Below are positions 49,807 through 59,654 of a stretch of 64,000 bases of DNA, in pieces. The notes below the pieces were generated by a model. That model had not been told where the DNA came from. It saw only the letters and a program-made list of their open reading frames with translations, and ran no database searches. This DNA comes from a bacterium. GTDB lineage: Bacteria > Bdellovibrionota_C > UBA2361 > CALJRW01. The stretch spans positions 32,001-96,000 of the forward strand of contig JANNBC010000007.1 of assembly GCA_031385045.1 (NCBI GenBank). The letters run 5' to 3'. Within the stretch, counting starts at the first letter, position 1; every line of letters starts with the position of its first letter. Made by a program: the position numbers and the translations under genes.

Positions 49807-51375
49807 TTATTGAGGCTTCTTCAGATGTATTACTGCAACCCCAGGATCATTATTTAAGATCTCTAGCTTCCAACCTCGATCCTCAAAGTATCGAAAATAG
49901 AACTCTGGAATTGGTAGTGCTTGCCTTTTAGGGCTGGTTGCAATGGCACTAGTATAAATTAAAAAATCTTTTTTAGAATTGATTATTGGAGAGATTTGCT
50001 GACTAAAGTAATCAGCGTAAATCTTATTGTCCAGGTTGGGGGGCAGTAAATAACGCCTTTGGTTGGAAATTGGATAAACCCTTAAGTAGCTAAAGAAATA
50101 TGCGGCCTTCTGCGGATCTAGATAAAGTTTGGGATCGTAGGATTCAACTAATCCTGGATTAAATAAGATTGGTAATTCTGGCTGATTTAATTGATTGATA
50201 ATCTTCGCCGCTTCGGCAAAGTTTGGTAGTCGATAGGAATTAATTTTCTCATTCCAAACTAACTCCGAAGAAAAGATCAGCCCACAACAAAGTAGTAATA
50301 TTTCAGATCTCTTCTCAACTAAGCGCAATAGCAATGCAACAAAGATGCCACCAAAAATGATATACCAAAAATAATAACGATAAACATAAACCTGTAGACC
50401 CAAGATTTCTTTCAGTAAGTAATAGATGAGTGGTAACCCCAAGAAGATCAATCCAGAAAATGTAATTAGCTGAGATGGTTTTTTAATTAGTTTTTTTAAT
50501 TTAAAAAATAGAGTACTAATTGTTATTTCTTTAATTGTCATTCCGATCACAATTAGGAATAAGACTGTCAGCGAAATAGGTAATGTCTTAAAAAATATGA
50601 GCTGCGGGAAAAATAAACTTTGATCAGACTCTAATGTCTGTGCCCAACTACTAGAATTATTAATAATTTCTAAGTAATGTGGAATGAATAAACACATCAA
50701 TAACAACAAGACAAAATTAAATAACAATATTCTCTTCCCCTCGGAACTTCTAAAATTATAAAAATAATAATGAGCAAGGGTCATCATCCAAAAAGCCATG
50801 AAAAAATAATGGCACACTGTTGCTAAGAAAAATGTTACAAAACAAATTTTTAATTCACTTAAAGATCTTTCTACCCCCGTGTTGTTCTGTAGCGATTTAA
50901 GATAATAATAGCTACCAATTGCTAGGAAAGTAGCTACTAAACTATAAGGCCTAATTGGCAAAATTGCTAAAGCAAACTGCGACTTAATTCCAATAATCAT
51001 GCCCAGAACAATTACTGTTATTAAGAGTGAAAAATGTATCCGCAATAATCTATAAAGAAATCCTAAAGTTATAAAAAATAGTAATACTGAAAATAGCTTT
51101 AATGCCGTTGGGGAAATATTACTAATTAAATCTGACCAAATTTTAATTATGTAAAAATATGCTGGCGAAGAACCTTGATTTAAAAAAACCTCTCTCACTA
51201 ATCCCTGATAATCAAGGCTAACTAACCAAGCTGTGATTGACTCATCAATTAAGAGCGGTTTGAAAATTGAAAAGTTAAAACTGAAAAGGAAAAGGAAAAG
51301 GCCTGAATTAAGAAAAAGGATCATCAAAAGGAATTTGGTAGCTAAAGTTTTAGAATAGCTACTCATCTTAATCAT
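49807..51375 (-). CDS. Polytopic membrane protein, PMT/ArnT-like GT-C glycosyltransferase
   Basis: IDES acidic motif after TM1, SPAYF, RPYS, HY, YRY motifs; soluble C-terminal domain. Confidence 0.65.
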   Translation of the reverse strand: MIKMSSYSKTLATKFLLMILFLNSGLFLFLFSFNFSIFKPLLIDESITAWLVSLDYQGLVREVFLNQGSSPAYFYIIKIWSDLISNISPTALKLFSVLLFFITLGFLYRLLRIHFSLLITVIVLGMIIGIKSQFALAILPIRPYSLVATFLAIGSYYYLKSLQNNTGVERSLSELKICFVTFFLATVCHYFFMAFWMMTLAHYYFYNFRSSEGKRILLFNFVLLLLMCLFIPHYLEIINNSSSWAQTLESDQSLFFPQLIFFKTLPISLTVLFLIVIGMTIKEITISTLFFKLKKLIKKPSQLITFSGLIFLGLPLIYYLLKEILGLQVYVYRYYFWYIIFGGIFVALLLRLVEKRSEILLLCCGLIFSSELVWNEKINSYRLPNFAEAAKIINQLNQPELPILFNPGLVESYDPKLYLDPQKAAYFFSYLRVYPISNQRRYLLPPNLDNKIYADYFSQQISPIINSKKDFLIYTSAIATSPKRQALPIPEFYFRYFEDRGWKLEILNNDPGVAVIHLKKPQ

Positions 51376-52121
51376 GCTTTTTGATGTAGATTAACAAAAT
51401 CTCTAAATTTACCAATAATCTCAGGTGAAGTAACCTTAAGCAAATCAACATGTTTAATTGCAGGTAATAACATTAATTCCTTAATGCCAATTTTATGTTG
51501 ATATAAATTTTCACTCATCGTGAAAGGAATTACCTCATCTTCTATTCCGTGAAAAAACAAGATGGGAGTCTGAATATTGGCAACTTTACGTAAAGAGTCA
51601 AAGCGCGGCTCGATAAATCTCCAAAGTGGTAATCGGGGATATAAATACTTAGCCATTTCAATATTATTTGAGATTGTTGAATCTATTACTCCACAACACA
51701 CTGGGTACTTAGTAAGGCCTTCAATTGCAATTGCCCCACCTAATGATATGCCATGAAGCACTATTCGAGAATACTTAAAATTAAGTTCCTGATGCACAAA
51801 TTTCATCACTAAATCTAGTGCTTGATAGCAACCTGCTTCGCTAGGTTTACCAGCGGACTGACCATAACCTGGATAATCAAATAAGACATACGAAAATCTT
51901 GTTTGATTATAAAAATCATAAACTCCATTCAAATTTGAAATATTAGAAGCATTACCATGGCAATTAATTACCATAACTGGAGAGTCAACTAACTTATAGG
52001 AAATAGAAATTTTATGCTCAGGACTTGTTAAGAACTTTATCTGGCAATCTGCAGGAATCCTACTGACATCATAATCAGGATTAGGCTTAAAGGTAATACG
52101 ATCTTGAATATAATTAAACAC
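51372..52121 (-). CDS. Alpha/beta hydrolase (ABHD12/13-like)
   Basis: HGNA, DYPGYG.S.G.PSE, GISLGG, HG.EDEVIP, late His. Confidence 0.9.
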   Translation of the reverse strand: MFNYIQDRITFKPNPDYDVSRIPADCQIKFLTSPEHKISISYKLVDSPVMVINCHGNASNISNLNGVYDFYNQTRFSYVLFDYPGYGQSAGKPSEAGCYQALDLVMKFVHQELNFKYSRIVLHGISLGGAIAIEGLTKYPVCCGVIDSTISNNIEMAKYLYPRLPLWRFIEPRFDSLRKVANIQTPILFFHGIEDEVIPFTMSENLYQHKIGIKELMLLPAIKHVDLLKVTSPEIIGKFRDFVNLHQKA

Positions 52122-52209
52122 GGAATTAAATCGAGATTACTTGCTAATGAATTTTTAACAGTTTTAAATAATATTAGAAATGAAACTGTGGAAGGGATTA
52201 AATGATAAA

Positions 52210-52236
52210 CTGAGGAGTATGTAACATACTCCTCAG
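52210..52236 (-). terminator. Probable terminator hairpin
   Basis: 12-bp stem CTGAGGAGTATG-taa-CATACTCCTCAG about 10 nt after the stop at 52247, followed by TTTAT on the minus strand. Confidence 0.65.
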
Positions 52237-52246
52237 CAATCAACTA

Positions 52247-53116
52247 TTAAGCAGCGTCTTCTACTGCTTCAGCCGTTGCTTCTTTAGCTGCCAAACAGAC
52301 AGTATTATCAGAAGCTAAATGATAAACATCTAATTCATCACCAAAGCGCTGAAAACCATAACGTACGGCTCCACCATTATCTCGTAACAAGTCACGACAA
52401 GCCTTGTCTTGATCTGAGAACCAAAGTTCTTGGTACTTTGATAACAATTCAGTATCATCTAACAATTCACGATCAATCATTGCCAAGCAACGAGTATCAA
52501 TCATTACTTTTCCAACAGAGGTTGGAGCATTAGCAATTATCTCTTCAAAATCAACTTCATCATGAGAGGAATCATGAATCACGATTCGACAAGAATAAGG
52601 GTTTCTAAGAATTCGATAATTTCCCGGGCTTAGCTCTATAACAACACCACCAAACTTTTTAATTACTTCATTCTTTTCTGTTGGATCTGAATCAATTAAG
52701 TCCAAAAGTGCTCGATGTAATTGTGGATTAGCTAACATAAACTGATCAATGATCACCATATGTCCACTTTCAATAGCAATTCTTTCTCGCAAGTTACCGC
52801 TGTTATTATCAGATCGACCAAAACGACCTCGGCCGCCTCCGCCACCTTGACGCCGACCACCGCCACCGCCACCGCGCCAGCTTCCGCCACCGCCGCTTCC
52901 ACCGCGACCACCACCAAATCTGCGACCGCCAGCACCTTGTCCACGACCGCCGCCTTCGCTGCGACCACTCTCACTCCGGCTACCTTCTCCACGGCCACCC
53001 TCTCCGCGACCTCCACCATTGCTACCGCCACCACTTCTTTGACGACCGTATCGTCCTCCACCATTATTGCTTCCACCGCTTCCGCGAGAATCTGAATTTC
53101 TCATTGCGTTCTCCAA
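52247..53116 (-). CDS. Protein with Gly/Arg-rich disordered N-terminus and acidic globular domain of unknown function
   Basis: About 105 aa of GR/RGG/SG low complexity, then a folded domain with an internal pseudo-repeat. Confidence 0.75.
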   Translation of the reverse strand: MENAMRNSDSRGSGGSNNGGGRYGRQRSGGGSNGGGRGEGGRGEGSRSESGRSEGGGRGQGAGGRRFGGGRGGSGGGGSWRGGGGGGRRQGGGGGRGRFGRSDNNSGNLRERIAIESGHMVIIDQFMLANPQLHRALLDLIDSDPTEKNEVIKKFGGVVIELSPGNYRILRNPYSCRIVIHDSSHDEVDFEEIIANAPTSVGKVMIDTRCLAMIDRELLDDTELLSKYQELWFSDQDKACRDLLRDNGGAVRYGFQRFGDELDVYHLASDNTVCLAAKEATAEAVEDAA

Positions 53117-53652
53117 TTTATTTAAAAAGTTTCTGCTTTAGCTGAACCTACTTGACTATCGATATCTTAAACTAATCTAAAATTTTAAGTTTCAATTTAG
53201 ATGTTTCCTAGGTCGCCAGTGGCGAGACTAAGGGATTAAATTAATTAAGCGTTTCGCAATATTCTCGAATAGAATCTATTGGCGATAAGTTATAGTAAAA
53301 ATCAGCAATCATTAAAAATTAATCACAAAGATTCGAATGTCCGCTGATAATAAGCCCAAGTTAAGAAGCTTTATTTTCGTTGACTTAGATAGCTAAAAAA
53401 ATTATCTGCAAACAGATAGCTATAAACTATTAATCAGAACAATTGTGATTAGTGCACATCTTTGATTCAATTTAATTACCATTTAGGAAAATACACTAAA
53501 GACAATCCCGCCCTATATTTAGCTCTGGAAAGTCTCAATGTTTTGCTCAGTTTAAACTAATATGCCACTAATGTGATTAGTCAAAGAATCAAAGTAAGTA
53601 CCAAATATATCTTTATTTTGAGGTTTTATCCATAGCACTACTTAAGACCTAA

Positions 53653-54264
53653 TTATTTGATATTACTAGATATTTTATATTCACAATGTTCACGAACAAG
53701 GCACTTTTGGCACTTTCTCTCTTCTGGAGTTGGCTTAACTGGAAAATCTTCATCTAGAATCTGCCTCATTTCCATTAAATGTCGATCTAACCACTGTTGT
53801 TTTTTCTGGGTATTTAGAATCTTAACACTACGAGCCTTTTTGCCTAGAATTAGATAACCATAAGGTGGCTTCTTACCCTCAAGCTCCTCAATCAATCTCA
53901 TGCTCACTAACAGTTCAACCACAAAACGATCTCTAATCTTATTAGCCAGGGGCTTACGTTCTACGGGAATAATATAGCCCCCCTCAACTAATAGGGCATC
54001 AGGTCTAGCACTAAGCAATTGACGTTCAGAAATATATTCTTTTGTTTCCTTAAAAAAACTACTGGGAGAAAGTACTGAATCAATCTTTAAATTTACACCA
54101 GAAGTTTTTCTTTTTTTCTGAGCAATTGTCGAGAAAGCATCAAGTACAATCACCAGAACTACCAGCAGAATGAGTAGCCAAAATACAAGAGAGGTCGTGT
54201 TGGAAAGTTGCTCGAAGAGAGAAGCAAGTTCACTTGCTAATTGACTTAAATATTCTTTCAACAT
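53653..54264 (-). CDS. Cas4-like PD-(D/E)xK nuclease with N-terminal TM helix (lacks the first Fe-S Cys)
   Basis: TM helix, LSARPD, PVERK, PPYGYL, C-terminal CQKC-x5-C. Confidence 0.75.
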   Translation of the reverse strand: MLKEYLSQLASELASLFEQLSNTTSLVFWLLILLVVLVIVLDAFSTIAQKKRKTSGVNLKIDSVLSPSSFFKETKEYISERQLLSARPDALLVEGGYIIPVERKPLANKIRDRFVVELLVSMRLIEELEGKKPPYGYLILGKKARSVKILNTQKKQQWLDRHLMEMRQILDEDFPVKPTPEERKCQKCLVREHCEYKISSNIK

Positions 54265-54280
54265 TTATAAACACAAAAAA

Positions 54281-54544
54281 TTAGTGTATCTGCGTGAACA
54301 AATAAACAATAATTAAAAAGAAAATCATGAAAATAATTAAGTTAGTAGCCCAAGTTAAATAACGTGCCGCATCAAAATCAGCCAACCAACTCTTCATAAT
54401 CTCCTGACGTTCTGGCTCCGATTTTTGATCTGGCGGCATCACTTGTTTACGATAGAGCAAATTCCAGCTTTCAGGACAATGCAGATAACTAGCAATATCC
54501 TTTGCAGTGATAATAATTTTACCCTCTTTACTTAAATGGCCCAT
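54281..54544 (-). CDS. Small membrane protein carrying a Cas4-like N-terminal motif
   Basis: IITAKDIASYLHCPESW resembles the Cas4 N-terminal I..S.I..Y.YCPR motif; C-terminal TM helix. Confidence 0.7.
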   Translation of the reverse strand: MGHLSKEGKIIITAKDIASYLHCPESWNLLYRKQVMPPDQKSEPERQEIMKSWLADFDAARYLTWATNLIIFMIFFLIIVYLFTQIH

Positions 54545-54696
54545 CTGCTTTTATAAATTAAATGGAGAGTGACTTAGTCTAGAAATTAGTAACATTTGAA
54601 ATCTGAGCGCACCCTTCTGAAATTATGAGTACGCATTTTCAACTATTATATGAATCAACAAGTGAAACTTGCAATAAGCTTAGTAAAGATTAGAAC

Positions 54697-55176
54697 TTAT
54701 TTCTTACTAACAATTTTTTGTAAAATTTCGTTTAATTTAGATCCTGTAATTAAACTTTGTCGGGAATTCGTGCTTAACTCATAGACCGATCTTAAGTCTG
54801 GCGCAGTTAAAATTTCATCGTAACGACTATCACAAATTGGAATATGGGCTGTCTCGATAATATACTGAGCCTCAGGTGATTGATTATTAGTTATCTTCCA
54901 AAAAGCATATTTAGCTGTTGAAGAATAAAATCGGCAACTTAATACAAAAGAATTCATCTCTGTAGTTTCAATCGCAACAATTAAATCACTGTCTGCTTTC
55001 AAACTAAAGTTGAATTTAAGGGCTTCTAACCATGCTTTTTTAGCACGGTAAGCCGATAGCTCATCCACGTAATTTCCATGGATCGTATCAGTATCTGGAT
55101 CAAAACAAACCCCTTCGAAATAAGGAATTTCTTTAATGTGTGGTAACTGCTTTGTTTGGATTTGAACTGAATTCAT
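54697..55176 (-). CDS. Hypothetical protein
   Basis: 159-aa ATG ORF with AAGG RBS-like sequence upstream; no recognised motif. Confidence 0.6.
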   Translation of the reverse strand: MNSVQIQTKQLPHIKEIPYFEGVCFDPDTDTIHGNYVDELSAYRAKKAWLEALKFNFSLKADSDLIVAIETTEMNSFVLSCRFYSSTAKYAFWKITNNQSPEAQYIIETAHIPICDSRYDEILTAPDLRSVYELSTNSRQSLITGSKLNEILQKIVSKK

Positions 55177-55268
55177 TTGCTATACCTTGGTAAAACCACA
55201 GAATCTTTACTAACTCTCAATTCACAACTATGTTGAAAAATGAGTAAAACCTATCATCTGTATATAGA

Positions 55269-55296
55269 TTCTCGGCTGAAACTATAGAAAACTTAA
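55269..55296 (-). promoter_or_regulatory. Sigma28-like promoter
   Basis: Minus strand TTAAGTTT-N12-GCCGAGAA, about 90 nt upstream of ATG 55176. Confidence 0.45.
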
Positions 55297-55515
55297 GGAT
55301 TTTCTAAGTTAAGTATTATGCTTAAAAGTTATTGATTATCTTAATAATATTAGTAGGTTATTGATTATCAGCGATTTGTTGCTTGGGAATAAAAGTTATT
55401 TTATGGCTTTGTTGTGGAGATTGGGCCTTTAGTTTCTGCAATATTACCTAGTGAACTAAATAATACACTGTAGCTCAACGGGCTTGTTTTCAACTGGGTT
55501 AGATACGTAAAGTTA

Positions 55516-56583
55516 TTAATAATTTTTAGTAGTTACGGGAAGGCTCATCTTTAAATTTAACCAACTGACATCAAGCCCTGGACCAAAAGCTATTAAGGTT
55601 AACTCTTCCGAGGTATCACGTTCGTTCTTTAAAAACTCTTGCAAACAAAAAAATATTGTTGCTGATGACATATTGCCGAATTTTTTTAATACCGAATAAC
55701 TTGCCTCTAAATCTGATAATTCTAAGCCTTCAGCGACAGCCTTTAAGATTGCTTTCCCACCAGGATGTACAACAATGTTTTTCTTACGATAAAAACTGCT
55801 AAAGGCTGACTGTTTAAGAATTTCTTTAATATAATTCGGAAGCCGAGGGGAGAGTCCCATTAGCCACCCTGACGGAGTAATATTCCAAGATAAATATTCT
55901 GTCGCCTCCGAAAATGTCTTTGTCCCAACCTGAGAAATTTGTAAGTGACTTAGATTTTCATCTTGACTATTTCTTAGGGCAATAAAGGCACAACCATCGC
56001 TAAACAAGGCATTACTAATCTGAATTTCAGGATCAAGAGTATTCTGATAATGAAGCGAACAAGCTTCCACACAAATGACCAAAACAATTTTTTCAGTGAT
56101 TAGCTGACAAAGTCCTGCAGCACTATGCAGTCCAACAACGCCGCCATGACAACCCATAAAGCCAAGATGCCAGTGAATACAAGAATCAAGGGCTAGATGG
56201 CTTACTATTTTTGTATCAAGTGTCGGGTTTGTTAGTCCTGTGCACGAAACTGTAATCACACCTCCAATTTCATGAGGATTAATCTGATTAGTTAAAATAA
56301 AATGATCTAAATTTTTTAGAATCTCCGGCAAGACCACACCAACATAATGGTTATTTCTCTCTACCGTCCCGGGGATTTTATTTAAATAAAATTCTTTCCA
56401 ATCTGATAAGTAGGTATATCTTTCCTCCACAGCTGTCTGTCTAATCATGCGGCTATGTCCCAGAGTCCAATTCGTAACATTAGCTTCTTGAAATCCAAGA
56501 TACTCATTTTGCAATACATGATTAGGAGCTGGATAAACTCCGATACATAGAATACCTACTGGATTATTTTTAAGATCAGTCAT
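55516..56583 (-). CDS. Type III polyketide synthase
   Basis: Catalytic triad GFMGC, HPGG, GNMSS; also VSCTG, E.CSLH, ALFSDG, FGPG. Confidence 0.93.
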   Translation of the reverse strand: MTDLKNNPVGILCIGVYPAPNHVLQNEYLGFQEANVTNWTLGHSRMIRQTAVEERYTYLSDWKEFYLNKIPGTVERNNHYVGVVLPEILKNLDHFILTNQINPHEIGGVITVSCTGLTNPTLDTKIVSHLALDSCIHWHLGFMGCHGGVVGLHSAAGLCQLITEKIVLVICVEACSLHYQNTLDPEIQISNALFSDGCAFIALRNSQDENLSHLQISQVGTKTFSEATEYLSWNITPSGWLMGLSPRLPNYIKEILKQSAFSSFYRKKNIVVHPGGKAILKAVAEGLELSDLEASYSVLKKFGNMSSATIFFCLQEFLKNERDTSEELTLIAFGPGLDVSWLNLKMSLPVTTKNY

Positions 56584-56592
56584 TAATAATTA

Positions 56593-57672
56593 TTACCATA
56601 ACTTAGAAGCTAGTGGAGCGATATAAGGGATTAAGGGAAATAAAAATTTTCTTTTTATAGAACTCTCAATAATCCAAGTGATCATTTGACAACGTGCCCA
56701 TTGTCTTTTTTGTAATATTCTAATTTCTTTTTTCCAAAGCTTAGTGCTGATGTCAGAAATTTCGCGTCGATCTTGAAAGTTCAATGTAATCAGCTCTGCT
56801 AATCTCTCTGCAGTTTGAATTGCGAAATACATTCCTTCGCCTGTAAATGGCTCGGGATAACCCAAGGCGTCACCACAAAGAAAAACTTTTCCCTGAGCTG
56901 GCAGTCGCTTACGATATAAAGTTTCTGTCGCTGACTTTTCGTGAAGTTCTTCTAGTAAAAAATATCTTTTAAGAAAATCAGAAGTGTGAAGTTTTTTACC
57001 ACGTAGATAAGAAGCGATATGAAAGTAAGGCTCCTCCCCTGCAACTCTCACAACACCATGGTAACCAAAATTATCAAGAAGAAAACGGACCTCTCCGCAT
57101 GGAAGGCTATCTAACCCATGTGGATCACCGGCAATTTTTTTTAGGTACCCTTGAAATCCAAAGCCGTTCTTCTCTAACCGTTCCTCTGGCCATTCAGGCA
57201 GTGACTTTGTGGCAATTCCACCACAGTCAATAATAAGATCAAAGATTTGCTCCTGGCCATTACAGAGAAGAAGACCTGCTACTGAATCAATAATTTTTGC
57301 CTTCTTGTTAATTAGAGTCACTCCCTGTTGCACGGCGATGGTTCTAATGGCGTTATCAAGTATTGACCGATCGATCCACCTTCCATGATTATGCTTAAAT
57401 GAAATAGTACTTTCGACGGAAACGAGTGATATTGTATTAATTGGAGTTCCCGGAATTATGACAGAACTTAATCCATGTTTAACTAAAATCTGGACTGCCT
57501 CTTTATGGAGACATCCACCACATACCTTACCAAGTCTTAATACTTCTGGAAGAGATTTTTTTTCAAATAAATAGATGTTTGAGAAGCCTTTAGTACTTAG
57601 TAAGTATGATAAGAAACTTCCACATATTCCTGCGCCAATAATCGCAATCTTGGGGCTTATATTGTTTATCAC
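56593..57672 (-). CDS. FAD-dependent oxidoreductase (geranylgeranyl reductase/monooxygenase-like)
   Basis: GAGICG, KVCGGCL, R..LD, GDA...EPFTGEGM. Confidence 0.85.
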   Translation of the reverse strand: MINNISPKIAIIGAGICGSFLSYLLSTKGFSNIYLFEKKSLPEVLRLGKVCGGCLHKEAVQILVKHGLSSVIIPGTPINTISLVSVESTISFKHNHGRWIDRSILDNAIRTIAVQQGVTLINKKAKIIDSVAGLLLCNGQEQIFDLIIDCGGIATKSLPEWPEERLEKNGFGFQGYLKKIAGDPHGLDSLPCGEVRFLLDNFGYHGVVRVAGEEPYFHIASYLRGKKLHTSDFLKRYFLLEELHEKSATETLYRKRLPAQGKVFLCGDALGYPEPFTGEGMYFAIQTAERLAELITLNFQDRREISDISTKLWKKEIRILQKRQWARCQMITWIIESSIKRKFLFPLIPYIAPLASKLW

Positions 57673-58379
57673 AAGATAGACTCTAAGAGTATTCGTTCAG
57701 GGAATACTTTACTAACTTGATAACTAGATTCGATAGCTTGTCTCTCCCATTCTTGATGATTGTAGGAGCGATAAACAGAAACTCTTGCGTCATGATGAAC
57801 AACTTTGCTTCTTGTAATTACTTTAGGAAATAAATTAGCTAATAATAATCCTTTTTTAGTTCGTAAAAGATCTTCGTGTCTTACAGCCAACACTGCCTTC
57901 CTTTTAGTTAAATGAAGGAATGGTAAAATTTCAGTAGGATCTAAATGATGTAAAACTAAATTTGTATTGATTAATGAATAGTTTCTTTCAACTTCTTCCA
58001 ACCTTTCTGAGGAATAATTAATTTGAGATTCATTATTGTATGATTCTGCAATCGAAATTAAAGTTTTATTAAGATCAATTCCGTAAAATTTAATATTTAA
58101 GTTATTAATTTTAGCAAAATTATGTAAGTATCTTAATAGACCACCCCCACCACAGCCAATATCTGCAAAAGAAAACTCTTCGCTTAATTTATGATTTAAT
58201 TTTTTATATTGTACTTTAAGCCAGTTAGCTGTTCTATAAAAGTTACCACTCAAATAATTAATTCTATTTAATGTAATTTCTACAGCTGATAATTCTTGCA
58301 ACGAAAGTCCTTTTTGATCCATTAGTTCTTGCAAGTAAGGTCGCTGCTCTAAAAGCTTGGGTATTTTAGTTATTTTCAC
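57669..58379 (-). CDS. SAM-dependent methyltransferase of the type III PKS cluster
   Basis: ELMD, RIN, DIGCGGG, LHHL, DL.R, HDA..SV.RSY. Confidence 0.88.
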   Translation of the reverse strand: MKITKIPKLLEQRPYLQELMDQKGLSLQELSAVEITLNRINYLSGNFYRTANWLKVQYKKLNHKLSEEFSFADIGCGGGGLLRYLHNFAKINNLNIKFYGIDLNKTLISIAESYNNESQINYSSERLEEVERNYSLINTNLVLHHLDPTEILPFLHLTKRKAVLAVRHEDLLRTKKGLLLANLFPKVITRSKVVHHDARVSVYRSYNHQEWERQAIESSYQVSKVFPERILLESIL

Positions 58380-58673
58380 TAGTTTACCTTACTCCTTTAA
58401 AATTATCATTAAAAGCTCAATTTATAACTATATTGAACCTGCTTAATATTTTTATCAAAAATAACAATATTTATCATGATCAAGATCATACAACTTAATT
58501 TAACTTAGTTATAAATTGTTTTTCTAATATAAATTATCTGTCTTTTGAAAATCTGAATTCTGTTTCAACCACCATTGGAACAAAAGTAGGACTTTTAAAG
58601 CAAGGGCAAAAATATAACTAAACATGGGCTCCAAAATATTTTTGGAAATTACTTTATAAACTAAGGAGAATTT

Positions 58674-58907
58674 ATGAATGAAGATACAATCAAAGGAAAC
58701 TGGAAAATTTTAAAAGGTAAAGTTAGAGAAGCTTGGGGAGACTTAACAGACGACGAGATCACTGAGCTTTCTGGCCAAAAAGATCAACTAGTAGGCACTG
58801 TTCAGAAAAGATATGGCATTGCTCGCGAAGAAGCTGTTAAGCAGGTTGATAGCTGGGCTAAAATGCATACCAAGAAGAACAAAGCAGGCTGCGATACTTG
58901 CAACTAA
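58674..58907 (+). CDS. CsbD/YjbJ-family stress protein
   Basis: IKGNWK.LKGKV.E.WG.LTDD...G..Q.RYG; AAGGAG RBS. Confidence 0.92.
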   Translation: MNEDTIKGNWKILKGKVREAWGDLTDDEITELSGQKDQLVGTVQKRYGIAREEAVKQVDSWAKMHTKKNKAGCDTCN

Positions 58908-58949
58908 GTATTGAGGCTCTGTATAATTTTAAATAAATAAAAAATAAAA

Positions 58950-59267
58950 ATGGAAAATACTGCAACACACAATGGAAATGGGAAAAAAGCTACATCAGAA
59001 ATTAATACAACTGTTGAAGCCTTAAAAGAAAAATCTCAATCTTTAAGAGGGGATCTATCTGAAATTAAAAACTTGCTATCAGAACTTTTTACTGAAGGAG
59101 CTGACTACGCAAAAGAAGGTGGAGCCGAAAAGCTTCATTTACTACAAAAAAAAGGTATGAAGAAGCTATCTGAGATTGAACATTCAATGGAAAGACATCC
59201 CATAGAAAGTATTTTAATTGGAGCAGGTCTCGGACTAGTCTTTGGTGCTTACATGTTTCGTAAATAA
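58950..59267 (+). CDS. DUF883 (ElaB/YqjD)-family protein
   Basis: Helical body, then P..S.LIGAGLGLVFG tail anchor. Confidence 0.8.
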   Translation: MENTATHNGNGKKATSEINTTVEALKEKSQSLRGDLSEIKNLLSELFTEGADYAKEGGAEKLHLLQKKGMKKLSEIEHSMERHPIESILIGAGLGLVFGAYMFRK

Positions 59268-59270
59268 AAA

Positions 59271-59639
59271 ATGCCTACGAGTTTGTCACAAAAAGAAAAT
59301 GAAGGCCCTGAAGCTCTGTTAGCAAGTCTAGCAGAGCTTCAGATTTTAGCTGACTTAGTTCAAAATAAAATTGAATTATCGAAATTGAGCCTAAGCAACT
59401 ATTTATTTAAACTCAGCGCTAAAATAATCTTAGGGATTTCTTTATTCACAATCTTTTTAAGTTCGCTGGCATTTAGCATCTTCGCACTAATTGAATCTTT
59501 AACTATTTACTGGTCAAAGTATACTGGGGAACCACTTTGGATTATTCGACTTTTGACATCTGTTAGCCTGATAATAATATTATTATCATTACTAATATTA
59601 GGATTTTATTTAATACAAAAAAAATTAACTAAGATTTAA
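59271..59639 (+). CDS. Two-TM membrane protein, YqjE-like
   Basis: K.EL..L motif, two TM helices, follows the DUF883 gene as in yqjDEK. Confidence 0.5.
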   Translation: MPTSLSQKENEGPEALLASLAELQILADLVQNKIELSKLSLSNYLFKLSAKIILGISLFTIFLSSLAFSIFALIESLTIYWSKYTGEPLWIIRLLTSVSLIIILLSLLILGFYLIQKKLTKI

Positions 59640-59654
59640 TCACACTAGAAATCT

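Noticed and set aside
52753..53095. Alternative ORFs 52753-53076 (-) and 52760-53095 (+), Val/Ala- and Thr/Ala-rich
   Set aside because: Shadow frames of the GGN-rich Gly tract, which lacks stop codons
55465..55500. GTAGCTCAACGG, a possible tRNA remnant or att site beside the PKS cluster
   Set aside because: Only about 12 nt, no T arm, no second copy noticed and no integrase in the window
53120..55500. CRISPR array near the Cas4-like genes
   Set aside because: No regularly spaced direct repeats and no cas1/cas2 in the window
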